IMG/VR virus record: IMGVR_UViG_3300035698_000655
Coordinates: 613-64,612 of that record
Source: a virus
Lineage: Duplodnaviria > Caudoviricetes
Length of the DNA: 64,000 bases
Strand: one strand, 5' to 3'
Positions 18,355 through 27,379 of this stretch are shown here, in pieces. Numbering within the stretch: position 1 is the first letter of the stretch; each line of letters opens with the position of its first letter. The notes below the pieces were generated by a model, which saw nothing but the letters and a program-made list of their open reading frames with translations, made no database searches and was not told where the DNA came from. Made by a program: the position numbers and the translations under genes.

Positions 18355-19719
18355 CTACTTTCTTTTGATTTTAAATTTCTTAGCTGTTTGCTTCTTCGCC
18401 ATTGGCTTTGCTGCTTTATACTTCTTAGCTTTCTGGCCGCCGCCTTTTCTGGATTTCATACGATTGATTTCCATCTTACGCATTCCAGGAAGCATTCTAA
18501 CAGCAAGTCTTGAGACTAAAGGTGCATACATGCCTATGAGTTTCTCTAGGCGACCTTTTTCTGCTGGTGGGAGTTTTGATTTGTCTCTGCCTTTGAGTAG
18601 ACGCTTATAGACTGCGCCTCTAGCACCACGAGTTGCCCTTTTCTTCAGACGATCAGGTGATGAGCCTCGTCTGAGTGCAATACCACGAGCTACTTTGAGT
18701 TTCTGTCTGTTCTTTCTTGCAGAAAACTTTCGCTTGAGTCTGCCTTGTACAGATAGAACCTCCATGATATTTACTTCTGGCTCATCCTCGTCTTCATCAT
18801 CAAAAGCACCATACTCAACTGCCATATCATATGTAATGTTATCGGCTTCGTGTTCTAGTTCTGCAATGTCTTGCTTTGTGAGTGCGTAATCACCAAGTAC
18901 AGGTGCATCTTCTTCGTTGTCTTTTCTGTATTCTGCTTTAGTTTCGTGTGCAGGACCTGATTCTCTGATGCCGAAACCCTTAGGAGTTACATCAGTAATT
19001 TTTGACCCCGAAGGAGTTTTCTTTCCTTTATGTACAAGTTTAGATACTTTTTTGGGGTCAATGTTTCCCTTTTTGTCAAGCAAACCCTGTAAATGCGGAG
19101 GCAAAGATTCTTTTATTGAAATTGACTTTAATTTCTTTTTCTTTTCGCCAGGAGTAACATCTTTCATGTAATCAGTGCCTTCGGGTGTTCCCCAATCCAT
19201 AACACCCATATCTGAGTTATACTGAATCGATTCGCCCATAGCTCGTTCGCCGCTTCTACGCTTAGATTTTAGATAAGCAGCAACTGCCATTGATCTACGC
19301 TTGGATCTATCTGCACCCTTGAACTGAGGTGCGTCAGACTTCTTGAAATCGTCTACATATGTTCCAATGCTGTCTTTGTCAGCGTTGAGCTTTTCGTCAA
19401 TGTTCATGGCAAACGCAATACCAGTAGGACCTGACATAGGAGCAGTGCCAACTACATCTTCCATAGGCACACAGTTATCGACAGTCTTGCCGCCTTTCTT
19501 CTTCGTTCCCATTCGCTTATAGCCTTTCCAGCAAGCTTTGCCGTCAACACCTTTTTCTTTTTCTTCGTTCTGAGAATTTTTAAAGTCTTGTGCCGAGGGA
19601 GATCCTTTAGAACCAGGTTTACGCATACGCTCTTTTGCACCTGCTTTGATGCGTTTTCTCTTTGCGTGGATATTATCCCACAAGCCGCCTTCGTTTAAAT
19701 GGTCTTTAAATGTTTTCAT
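18355..19719 (-). CDS. modular head-internal protein
   Basis: N-terminal MKTFKDHLNE; modules GLWDNIHAKRKR, CWKGYK...NCVP, FKKSDAPQF; basic C-terminal domain. Confidence 0.7.
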   Translation of the reverse strand: MKTFKDHLNEGGLWDNIHAKRKRIKAGAKERMRKPGSKGSPSAQDFKNSQNEEKEKGVDGKACWKGYKRMGTKKKGGKTVDNCVPMEDVVGTAPMSGPTGIAFAMNIDEKLNADKDSIGTYVDDFKKSDAPQFKGADRSKRRSMAVAAYLKSKRRSGERAMGESIQYNSDMGVMDWGTPEGTDYMKDVTPGEKKKKLKSISIKESLPPHLQGLLDKKGNIDPKKVSKLVHKGKKTPSGSKITDVTPKGFGIRESGPAHETKAEYRKDNEEDAPVLGDYALTKQDIAELEHEADNITYDMAVEYGAFDDEDEDEPEVNIMEVLSVQGRLKRKFSARKNRQKLKVARGIALRRGSSPDRLKKRATRGARGAVYKRLLKGRDKSKLPPAEKGRLEKLIGMYAPLVSRLAVRMLPGMRKMEINRMKSRKGGGQKAKKYKAAKPMAKKQTAKKFKIKRK

Positions 19720-20125
19720 CAGCTACTTCTTCCGTTTTGGCATTGACGTTTTCTTCGTAATATACAATTATAGATTTTTGCTGCTCGATGAATCTTCTTA
19801 GTTCACCCATATTCAAAGCAATGTTTTCGTAATCTGGTACACTGATAGCAAAGAAGACTAAACTGCCTTCTTGCTTTTCAAATCTTTCAATAAATTCGTC
19901 TATGTTTTCTTTCGTAACAGCGTAAAATTGAATGTCATATAAATTTATAGGCTTCGGTCTACCTTGAATTGGCACAGACCTTTCAACATACTCTACCTGA
20001 GTTATTACAACTTCTTCAGGCTTGCGTGATGGAAATAAAGAACAGGCAGTAGTACTACTCAGCAGTAGCAGTAACAGGCTTACCCGTAATTGTTTCCATT
20101 TCGTCAAATAATTTTGCTGTTGCAT
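19706..20125 (-). CDS. o-spanin (Rz1-like outer-membrane lipoprotein)
   Basis: Hydrophobic stretch plus lipobox TTAC; overlaps the 3' end of the i-spanin in another frame. Confidence 0.7.
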   Translation of the reverse strand: MQQQNYLTKWKQLRVSLLLLLLSSTTACSLFPSRKPEEVVITQVEYVERSVPIQGRPKPINLYDIQFYAVTKENIDEFIERFEKQEGSLVFFAISVPDYENIALNMGELRRFIEQQKSIIVYYEENVNAKTEEVADENI

Positions 20126-20456
20126 TGTTTACTCTCGTTTCAATTAGTCCTGGCTTCTGCAAAGTCAGTACAGTAAGATTATGTCTTCTTAATTTACCAG
20201 CTAAATCGTCAGAATACGCTTCTGCTTCTGATAATTCATCTCTAAGTTTTAAATTTGCTTCTTCATATTGTGCTGCATCTGCTTGCATTCTACCAATAGT
20301 TTCTTTGCTAGTTTGTGCAGCTATCTCTAATCTTGCAGCATTTTCTCTAAGCTGTGCCAATCTTTCTTGGGTATCGTTGTAGTAAAAATATCCTACAGCA
20401 CCCATTCCGCACATAATTAGAAAAAAGAATAGTGCAATTTTCATTAGCAGTTCCAC
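20055..20456 (-). CDS. i-spanin (Rz-like)
   Basis: N-terminal TM plus coiled coil, KPGLIETRVN motif. Confidence 0.75.
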   Translation of the reverse strand: MELLMKIALFFFLIMCGMGAVGYFYYNDTQERLAQLRENAARLEIAAQTSKETIGRMQADAAQYEEANLKLRDELSEAEAYSDDLAGKLRRHNLTVLTLQKPGLIETRVNNATAKLFDEMETITGKPVTATAE

Positions 20457-20725
20457 CTTCTCAGTGACATTGCTTTACGAGTAGGACGACCTTTCTCATC
20501 TTTCATGGGACCTTTCATGCCTCCCATTCTAGCACAGAATGATTTGCGTCTACCTGCAGCCTTGCCGCCTTTCTTTAGCTTGCTTGGAGGAGTAGTGACC
20601 GCGGTCTTTATGCCGGCAGCTTTTGCACCCTTGCGTGTCATTCCAGCACCAGACTCTGTGGATCTATAATGGCCTTTAGAGTCTTCGCCTCTTGCTTCTT
20701 CTAAGAATTCTTTGAATGATTTCAT
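20444..20725 (-). CDS. small basic conserved phage protein, probably head-packaged
   Basis: MKSFKEFLEE leader; RRKSFCARM...RKAMSLRRWNC. Confidence 0.75.
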   Translation of the reverse strand: MKSFKEFLEEARGEDSKGHYRSTESGAGMTRKGAKAAGIKTAVTTPPSKLKKGGKAAGRRKSFCARMGGMKGPMKDEKGRPTRKAMSLRRWNC

Positions 20726-20886
20726 TCTGACTTACCTGCTGTGTATATGCCATAAAGGATAGCAGCGTATGCACCTAGAGTTGCAATAGGTTTGAACAAT
20801 AGAAAAACAACGCCAGCAGCAATAAGTACTACGCCATCAAGTGTCGTTCTTTCTTCTAGTCTTTTTGACAGCCACTTTTTTAGCAT
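20722..20886 (-). CDS. small two-TM protein, holin candidate (54 aa)
   Basis: Manual translation MLKKWLSKRLEERTTLDGVVLIAAGVVFLLFKPIATLGAYAAILYGIYTAGKSE*; fills the gap in the lysis cluster. Confidence 0.6.
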   Translation of the reverse strand: MLKKWLSKRLEERTTLDGVVLIAAGVVFLLFKPIATLGAYAAILYGIYTAGKSE

Positions 20887-21217
20887 CTTCTTTTCCTTTT
20901 TGCTTGTCCGATTTTAATGTTTCTATCTCTTTTCTCAGCTCTTCTAATGTCTGAAGAAGTTCTGAAGCGCCTCCCTTCTCTATCGGAGGATGAGACCACG
21001 ACTCCAGCTGAGCTATTCGTTCGACAAGTAGAGGATAATCTGATTTCCATTTTGCTTCCTTCTTCGCAATATTTATATCATACTTTACAGCTAAATATTC
21101 CATGACACGATCTAGTTTCTTCTGAAACCAGATTCCCATGCGTGTAGAAAGAAACCACTTACCGAAAGCAGAGCCAAATACACCAGTGATAGCTGCTCTA
21201 ACTAATATGATCCACAT
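20837..21217 (-). CDS. hypothetical protein with N-terminal hydrophobic helix
   Basis: 126-aa ORF coupled to the lipase stop. Confidence 0.65.
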   Translation of the reverse strand: MWIILVRAAITGVFGSAFGKWFLSTRMGIWFQKKLDRVMEYLAVKYDINIAKKEAKWKSDYPLLVERIAQLESWSHPPIEKGGASELLQTLEELRKEIETLKSDKQKGKEDAKKVAVKKTRRKNDT

Positions 21218-21936
21218 TAGTCATTGTCCTGTAAGTGCTTGCAGTAATTATTCATGCTGTGGTCACGAACGCCGTCAAATACTGTGCCGTTCTTCCAAGC
21301 TGCTCTACGACCACGCCAGCCGTCTTTGAATCTCTGCCACCATGTCATCTTACGGACATTGCCATAGAAGTTGATGTAACATAGTTCGCCGTGATGCTTG
21401 TACCAAAGTAGAGCAGGAGGCATAGAAGGAACGATGTCATTGTTATTCACGCAGCGATGGTGAGGAACTTTAAGTTCTTTACCCTTAGAAGGAGTTGCGT
21501 TTCGTGGACAACCGTATGTGTAGAGTGCTTCTGCTGTTGGATAGTGAAAACAGAAGATAGAAGCAATCGCTGCTCCTAAACTATGACCTGTTACAAACAC
21601 TGGACGCTTCTTGCGTCCCATGAGTTTCGATACTTCACCATACACTTTGAGTTCTAGCTTTTCGTACTCTTCATAGAAACCTTCGTGAAAGCCTCTTTCG
21701 TGAGTAGCTTCTAAGTCAGCAAAGACATCGCTCTTCTCGGTAGGTTCAGTGCCACGAAATGCTACAGTGATGCGTTCTTTGTTGCCGAGAACATATGCTT
21801 GTGCGCCTTCGATGTCAAAAAACTTAACACTAGTGAATCCTAGTGCTTTCCATTCTTTGCGTACTTCTTTGTCCAAGTCTTTGTATGCTAGTCTTGCAAT
21901 ACATGCGTGTGCATGAAACTCAGGTGATAACATCAT
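21217..21936 (-). CDS. class 3 lipase (alpha/beta hydrolase)
   Basis: VAFRGTE, HEGF, VTGHSLGAA, YTYGCPR, NNDIVP, DHSM. Confidence 0.92.
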   Translation of the reverse strand: MMLSPEFHAHACIARLAYKDLDKEVRKEWKALGFTSVKFFDIEGAQAYVLGNKERITVAFRGTEPTEKSDVFADLEATHERGFHEGFYEEYEKLELKVYGEVSKLMGRKKRPVFVTGHSLGAAIASIFCFHYPTAEALYTYGCPRNATPSKGKELKVPHHRCVNNNDIVPSMPPALLWYKHHGELCYINFYGNVRKMTWWQRFKDGWRGRRAAWKNGTVFDGVRDHSMNNYCKHLQDND

Positions 21937-21949
21937 TATTCTCCAATTA

Positions 21950-22411
21950 TTATCTATCTAAAATCTCTAAAATTTCAAGTCTTATCATTAATCTTTCTGC
22001 ACGATTAGTAACTTGATCATACCACCGTGAGTCTCTACCTTCCTTTGCTGCTTCCATCCAATCACCTGCAGCAATAGCAGCGTTGAATTTCTTAAATTTA
22101 CTGAGCCTAGGGCGGCCCATGTTGAACATCATGTTGACCAGAACCTGCTGGACTTCATCTCGATATGCTCCAAAGCTCCCTTCGCCGTATAGAGTGCAGC
22201 ATTCGCTGATTGCAATGTCAAGGTCACGTTCGAAACACGCCCGGACTCGTTCTTCACTGACTCCAGTACCAACTCCCCTTTCGAATTCCTCATCACTTTC
22301 TCGGATAAGATGACCAACTCCGAAGGTTGGATAGCCGAGATGGTCGAGATAGATTTCATAAATTACTCCTTCATCAATTTTTAGTTGTTCGTAGACTGCT
22401 TCTCTGTTCAT
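21950..22411 (-). CDS. endolysin, T4 lysozyme family (GH24)
   Basis: DEG...YLDHLGYPTFGVGH catalytic E/D/T, NMMFNMG, SRWYDQVTNRA. Confidence 0.93.
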   Translation of the reverse strand: MNREAVYEQLKIDEGVIYEIYLDHLGYPTFGVGHLIRESDEEFERGVGTGVSEERVRACFERDLDIAISECCTLYGEGSFGAYRDEVQQVLVNMMFNMGRPRLSKFKKFNAAIAAGDWMEAAKEGRDSRWYDQVTNRAERLMIRLEILEILDR

Positions 22412-23015
22412 TTAAAAATGCTCCAAATGATAATCGTGTCTCGCCTTCGTTTAGACCCATGCCACTGCGAGTAGCATTGTATAGCTTCTTAGAGTGTTCA
22501 TCTGAAGCGTTCGGGTGTAGGCCTGACTTGAATGATTTATAATCGTTGTTCGATGCGTGTGAACGCATTTTAGTTCCACTGATACCAGTTGTGCCTTCTG
22601 AATCTGGATCTCTGTGACCTGCTGATACCACTTTCAGATGTTTGAAATGATATTCGCCATTAGGACCATTGTATTTATCAGCGAGTTTCTGAAATTCTTC
22701 TACTCTGTCAGATCCTGCAACCATTGTAGCGTGAGTGTATCCGTCTTTGTGCATCTTCTTCAAGTGTGCCATGAAGTGAGGATGTTCTTTACTCGATGCT
22801 TCGACATTCGTATTGGGATGAATATGGTTTAGATAATCGACCTTGTGCTGGACGTGGAGAGGATTCTTGTTCTTGTCTTGTGAATGACTTACAATTACTT
22901 TGTGATCGGCGCCATGTGTTTCTGCGGTCTTCATCACATGATCTACCACTTTACTGTGTCCAGCAGTGGGAGGATTGAATCGTCCGAAACTGAATACCAT
23001 ATGCTTATCAGCCAT
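22374..23015 (-). CDS. HxGH-family cytidylyltransferase-like protein
   Basis: FGRFNPPTAGH, KNPL, VAGSDRV, SAGHRDPD, SGTKMR. Confidence 0.88.
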   Translation of the reverse strand: MADKHMVFSFGRFNPPTAGHSKVVDHVMKTAETHGADHKVIVSHSQDKNKNPLHVQHKVDYLNHIHPNTNVEASSKEHPHFMAHLKKMHKDGYTHATMVAGSDRVEEFQKLADKYNGPNGEYHFKHLKVVSAGHRDPDSEGTTGISGTKMRSHASNNDYKSFKSGLHPNASDEHSKKLYNATRSGMGLNEGETRLSFGAFLNEQRSSLRTTKN

Positions 23016-24178
23016 TAGTCACCTGCCGTTGCAAAGTTTGCTGCGCTGAATTCATGTCTATGAACAAACTTAGATGGTTTACCGTTATGATGGACAACAT
23101 AGCCTTCTGGGCTTGCAGGTTGGCCTGCTATTTCGTGTCCTATTGTATTATGTGAGTTCAAGGCATCTGTTAATACAGTTTTTGCTTTTTGTAGATGCTG
23201 TTGCATTTTAATGGCACTTTCGATATGCTCTTTATTGCCGTTTACATGCTTCATATTATCATCATGTGTTTTTGTATGTTTCGTTTTTGCTGCGTCAGTC
23301 TTTACGCCAGCGACTTTCTTTTTCATTGCAGTAGAATAGTGTTGAGCAAATCCTGCATGTGTAGGCTGCGAGCCGTCTCGTACTGTTGCGTTCATGTAAG
23401 TTTTGAGTGGCACTACATGCTTAGATACTGCTTCGTGAGCTTCTTTGGGTGCTTGCTTGAATTCTGATACAGCGGCATCTAAATGCTTCTTGTAGTCTGC
23501 TTGATTTGCAGAATTGTAATTGGTCTGCGAAACATCATGGTGAATAGGTAGCTGGTGTACATCTGGATGCTCTTGCAACTCAGGTACATGCCCTTGCTTC
23601 ACTTTCATGTCTGCAAAATTCTTACCCTCGTATGCGGTGTGTACAGCGACACCTATGTGCGAGTTCACTGCCTTTTGTGCGTGTTCTGAATCAGCAGGGT
23701 GATGATAGGTAAGAGTATTAGTTTTATAAGAGACACGATGTCCTTCGTGATTCATCTCTTCTTTGGTGTGCATAATGTCAGCTTGGTAGATGCCTTTACC
23801 GTCATGTACTTTAGGAAGATGTTCTAATGCGGTCGTTAGCTTTCTGACTAGACCAGGAGCGTGTCCGTGATTCTTTTGAATGTCTTCTGGTGTAAAGTTC
23901 AACTTTGGATCCTTATTGAATACAGACTTAGAACCGACAAAGAATTTACCAGTTTCTGGATGGGTACCGAATACAACAGAAGGACTGCCGTCGTATTTCA
24001 TAGTAATCTTAGTGTCGTTCTTAGCACCACGAAGCTGGTCGTGAACGCCATTGAGCGTATGAAATGCGTGTGCGAACCCTTCCGAACCACCGTGAACAAC
24101 ATGATCTTCCACATGCTCAAGGTGAGTTAGCTTATCATCGTTCGCTTCTTCAGCTAAAAATTTTGTAAATTTCATCAT
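23015..24178 (-). CDS. His-rich ligase-like nucleotidyltransferase (conserved in T4-like marine phages)
   Basis: HLEHVED, MKYDGSP (KxDG), YQAD, PEGYVV, KFVHRHEFS; late promoter 24184-24191. Confidence 0.7.
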   Translation of the reverse strand: MMKFTKFLAEEANDDKLTHLEHVEDHVVHGGSEGFAHAFHTLNGVHDQLRGAKNDTKITMKYDGSPSVVFGTHPETGKFFVGSKSVFNKDPKLNFTPEDIQKNHGHAPGLVRKLTTALEHLPKVHDGKGIYQADIMHTKEEMNHEGHRVSYKTNTLTYHHPADSEHAQKAVNSHIGVAVHTAYEGKNFADMKVKQGHVPELQEHPDVHQLPIHHDVSQTNYNSANQADYKKHLDAAVSEFKQAPKEAHEAVSKHVVPLKTYMNATVRDGSQPTHAGFAQHYSTAMKKKVAGVKTDAAKTKHTKTHDDNMKHVNGNKEHIESAIKMQQHLQKAKTVLTDALNSHNTIGHEIAGQPASPEGYVVHHNGKPSKFVHRHEFSAANFATAGD

Positions 24179-24186
24179 ACTTGTAT

Positions 24187-24906
24187 TTATAACAATTGTG
24201 AATACGAGAAGTTAATTTTTTCTTTTACTGTCCCAGAAAGATTATCAGGCATATTTTTTGGCATTGTTATTATCATTTTTTCATTGTCATATGTTATTTT
24301 AGTCACTGAAGCATCAATCCATAAACTTCTTGCGCCTCTGACTAAAGAAAATCCTAAATGTTCTGTTACCTGTGATTTTTCTGTAACAGTAGACAATCGA
24401 TCCATAAACTCACGATCACCAGAATGCCAGCCAGTAAATGATTCATCATATCCACCTGCTTCCCAAAATTTATATCTGTCAATTATGAATACGTTTGGAT
24501 GACTTGGCCAAGGAAAATATTCGAAAGACTTCGTAGCATACATGCAGAATTTATAAAGTTTTTCTGGATTGAAAGATACTCTTTTAAGAAATGCAATTAC
24601 TTCAGGCGCAAACTGACAATCGATGTCAGAAAATAATATAAAGTCGCAGGAAGCAACTTTTGAAATGAGGTTTCTACACCCGTGACTATTGAACCCCAAA
24701 TCTTCATCTACTACATAAAGATGAAAATTTGGCAGTTCAAGGTCTTTTACGATGTCATATGCTGGATAGTTTTGAGAGCCGTCATCTACTAGAATAATTT
24801 CTATTTGATGAGGATATTTATTCCAAAGCGATATTTGTTCAAGGAGCAGTTCAGGTTCATCGTAATAGGTATAACCTATTGTAAATCTACAGTCCTTTGA
24901 TTCCAT
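24187..24906 (-). CDS. glycosyltransferase family 2/7-like
   Basis: LVDDGS, CRNL, FSDID (DxD), GGYDESF..W..GD. Confidence 0.88.
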   Translation of the reverse strand: MESKDCRFTIGYTYYDEPELLLEQISLWNKYPHQIEIILVDDGSQNYPAYDIVKDLELPNFHLYVVDEDLGFNSHGCRNLISKVASCDFILFSDIDCQFAPEVIAFLKRVSFNPEKLYKFCMYATKSFEYFPWPSHPNVFIIDRYKFWEAGGYDESFTGWHSGDREFMDRLSTVTEKSQVTEHLGFSLVRGARSLWIDASVTKITYDNEKMIITMPKNMPDNLSGTVKEKINFSYSQLL

Positions 24907-25234
24907 CCATCGCTTCCGTTACATCAATCTTAGTCACATCTTCAGCAGGAAAGTCTATCGTGCCACCATTTTGTAGTTGAAAGTTTTCACCGTGAGTTAG
25001 AGAATTGTTATCGTACAACTCAAAACCACCATAAATTTCTTTCACATCTACTTCTAGTTTGCCCTCAAGAATGTGTTGAAAATGTGTAACCGCTTTGCCT
25101 ACATCAGGCCACTTAGGTTCTTCATCAAAGCGTTCGATGATATATTCATTACCATCTACGCACCGCCACATCGGGACTTCCATGTTGCCAATATTTTTAA
25201 AGATTTTAGTGGATGCGACTAATTTCAACTTCAT
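24887..25234 (-). CDS. hypothetical protein
   Basis: 115-aa ORF overlapping both neighbours. Confidence 0.7.
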   Translation of the reverse strand: MKLKLVASTKIFKNIGNMEVPMWRCVDGNEYIIERFDEEPKWPDVGKAVTHFQHILEGKLEVDVKEIYGGFELYDNNSLTHGENFQLQNGGTIDFPAEDVTKIDVTEAMDGIKGL

Positions 25235-25397
25235 TATAAAACTCCGGACATTGCTTAATTTCAGATAAGTTCACATTATATTTAGTCGCTAATTTTTGTG
25301 CCTTATCATTCCAAAAAGATTTGAAGCTAGGGTCTAATGCTCGTTGTCCTGCAACAACAACCTTAGCAATCTTTCGTTTTACATCATTATCGTTCAT
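25206..25397 (-). CDS. hypothetical protein
   Basis: MNDNDVKRK start with SD GGGAG. Confidence 0.65.
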   Translation of the reverse strand: MNDNDVKRKIAKVVVAGQRALDPSFKSFWNDKAQKLATKYNVNLSEIKQCPEFYNEVEISRIH

Positions 25398-25434
25398 ATT
25401 AAACTCCCAATCTTCAAGATACAGTTCTAGTACT

Positions 25435-25863
25435 CTATTGTTTAGAGGCATAGATTCGCTCCCTTAGTTCAGTGGTAGAGAAGCTGTGTTCTCTTTTGTT
25501 GTAGAATATCTCAATATCTCGTTTTTCACAGATATCTTTGCCTGTAAAACTGACATTACGATATTCTTCTCCCACAAAACGAACATTGATATTCAATGTA
25601 AGAAGAAGGTCTTCAAGGTCTTTTTCTGTTTGATAAACAACAATCTCATCAACATATTTTAGAGCATCAAGTTGGATAAATCTTTCAACCAAAGATTGAA
25701 TAGGTTTATTCTTACTTGTCGGTCTGTCAATAGTTGGATCAGTTTGTAGTCCACAGATAAGATAATCACAAGATTGTGCTGCTTCTTTCAACATTGTAAC
25801 ATGACCTGCATGTAATAGATCGAAAGTGGAGCAAGTAAATCCTGTCCATTTCATGTTATTCAT
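25435..25863 (-). CDS. glycerol-3-phosphate cytidylyltransferase-like (TagD-like)
   Basis: TFDLLHAGH, GLQTDP, YVDE, HSFSTTELR. Confidence 0.9.
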   Translation of the reverse strand: MNNMKWTGFTCSTFDLLHAGHVTMLKEAAQSCDYLICGLQTDPTIDRPTSKNKPIQSLVERFIQLDALKYVDEIVVYQTEKDLEDLLLTLNINVRFVGEEYRNVSFTGKDICEKRDIEIFYNKREHSFSTTELRERIYASKQ

Positions 25864-26390
25864 GCAGCACACTCAAGCAAATCATTTTTCATTAATTCAA
25901 TTCGTGTGTCGATGAAATCATACCAATCTTCATCTTCCCATACATCATAATCTTCTGTGTTTTCTTCGCCTAGAGCTAGACAACGCATCTCAACCAGATC
26001 ATCATAATATTCTTCGTCTGATTCTACATCTGAATCGTGAAACAATGCACACCCGACAAAATTGTAGCCTTCGTCAGTAAACTGACAAGTAAGCTGCACT
26101 TTAGGATCAAAATCTTCTAGATGAGATCCAAGTTCATCGAGAAAAGGTAATACAGCAGACCATGCTGAAGTAACAAGAGCATAGTCATCGCCGAAATCTT
26201 CTAGATTAGCCCACTTTGCGCCGACTGTATCTATACCAACTTTTTTAGTTTCTGCCATCACAGGAAGAAATTCTGCGGCATAGAGAGATTTGTATTCACT
26301 AGAATCAATCTGTTGAAAGATTCGCTCGAATTCTACCTTTGCTGCATCGTTGCCAATGACTTCAATATAATTATCAACATGATTTGCCAT
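25860..26390 (-). CDS. acidic hypothetical protein (YubB/ferredoxin-like)
   Basis: MANHVDN...GAKW...TSAWS...DEG. Confidence 0.65.
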   Translation of the reverse strand: MANHVDNYIEVIGNDAAKVEFERIFQQIDSSEYKSLYAAEFLPVMAETKKVGIDTVGAKWANLEDFGDDYALVTSAWSAVLPFLDELGSHLEDFDPKVQLTCQFTDEGYNFVGCALFHDSDVESDEEYYDDLVEMRCLALGEENTEDYDVWEDEDWYDFIDTRIELMKNDLLECAA

Positions 26391-26413
26391 AATACCCTCA
26401 CACTTAACTAACT

Positions 26414-26450
26414 AAAAAAAGTGGGCAGTTTCACATCATGCCCAGGATAT
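26414..26450 (-). terminator. structured 3' element (H-type pseudoknot or hairpin) followed by U7
   Basis: ATATCCTGGGCATGATGTGAAACTGCCCACTTTTTTT: AUAUC/GAUGU and UGGGCA/UGCCCA stems. Confidence 0.6.
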
Positions 26451-26455
26451 TTACA

Positions 26456-26743
26456 CTAGCTGAATACTGAAGAACCAGCAGCAGCGTAAGCAGCAGCAAT
26501 CATTGCACGGCTAGGGCGACCTAGACGATATGCAGTCTTGCCAGACTTGTTTACATTAGCGTAAATAGGCTGTCCAGCTGCACGAAGTTCTGCAACACGA
26601 GCAGAGACAGTCTTTACACCGAACATTGAAGCTGCTTGAGCTGCTGTCAAAGTTTGGCCAGAGCGGAGGAAAGAAAGGATCTTCTCGTTCTGGTTCTTAA
26701 CAGGTGCTGACTTAGCAGTTTTAGTTGTAGTAGTTGTAGCCAT
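26456..26743 (-). CDS. helix-turn-helix DNA-binding protein
   Basis: ILSFLRSGQTLTAAQA...VSARVAELRAAG...YRLG; SD AAGGTG. Confidence 0.8.
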   Translation of the reverse strand: MATTTTTKTAKSAPVKNQNEKILSFLRSGQTLTAAQAASMFGVKTVSARVAELRAAGQPIYANVNKSGKTAYRLGRPSRAMIAAAYAAAGSSVFS

Positions 26744-26833
26744 AATATAATCACCTTTGATTATTAACATTAAAATTAAACGACTTTGCGGTCGCTATTC
26801 AAGATCACTCTCAAATTCTTTGAGTGTCTAAAC

Positions 26834-26862
26834 ATTATACTCATTAGGAAGTACAATGTCAA
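26834..26862 (-). promoter_or_regulatory. sigma70-type early promoter
   Basis: TTGACA-N17-TATAAT. Confidence 0.85.
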
Positions 26863-26869
26863 GCACTAA

Positions 26870-27079
26870 TTAAAACTTTTCTATTTCTTTGGTTTCTAGG
26901 TTTTGCATCTCAAGTACGACATAAGATACTTTGTGGCTCTCAGTCACAGAACCTGCCCAAGTACATGCGTCATTCCAAGACATGAATCCCATCTTTTCGA
27001 CAGTATGCATGCCTGCTTTCATGCCATCCAGATGATACTTAACCATCTCAACTTGACAAGGATATTTACTATACATCAT
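26870..27079 (-). CDS. hypothetical protein
   Basis: 69-aa ORF with SD GGAG. Confidence 0.7.
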   Translation of the reverse strand: MMYSKYPCQVEMVKYHLDGMKAGMHTVEKMGFMSWNDACTWAGSVTESHKVSYVVLEMQNLETKEIEKF

Positions 27080-27338
27080 CTACCATCTCCTGTATCCAAC
27101 GCTTGGCAACTTCTTGCGTAGGCGCATACTGTAAGAATGAATCAAGATTTCTTTCCATCTCGACACGGTCACGGTGCAGCTCGTACTCGATCTCATCGCT
27201 CATGCGATCTGCCTCAGACCGAAGAGTTTCAATGCTCATCGCCTTCCAATCAAAAAAACGTGGACGAATGCCGTACAAACTCTTGTACGAATCTGAAATG
27301 TAGCTGGCTAATTCGTCTCGCTCGGTAATGTTTATCAT
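27069..27338 (-). CDS. hypothetical early protein
   Basis: YISDSYKSLYGIRPR motif; SD GAGGG. Confidence 0.75.
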   Translation of the reverse strand: MINITERDELASYISDSYKSLYGIRPRFFDWKAMSIETLRSEADRMSDEIEYELHRDRVEMERNLDSFLQYAPTQEVAKRWIQEMVDDV

Positions 27339-27379
27339 AATATAAGCCCTCACAGCTTGTTTTCTCAGTTTATAAGTAC

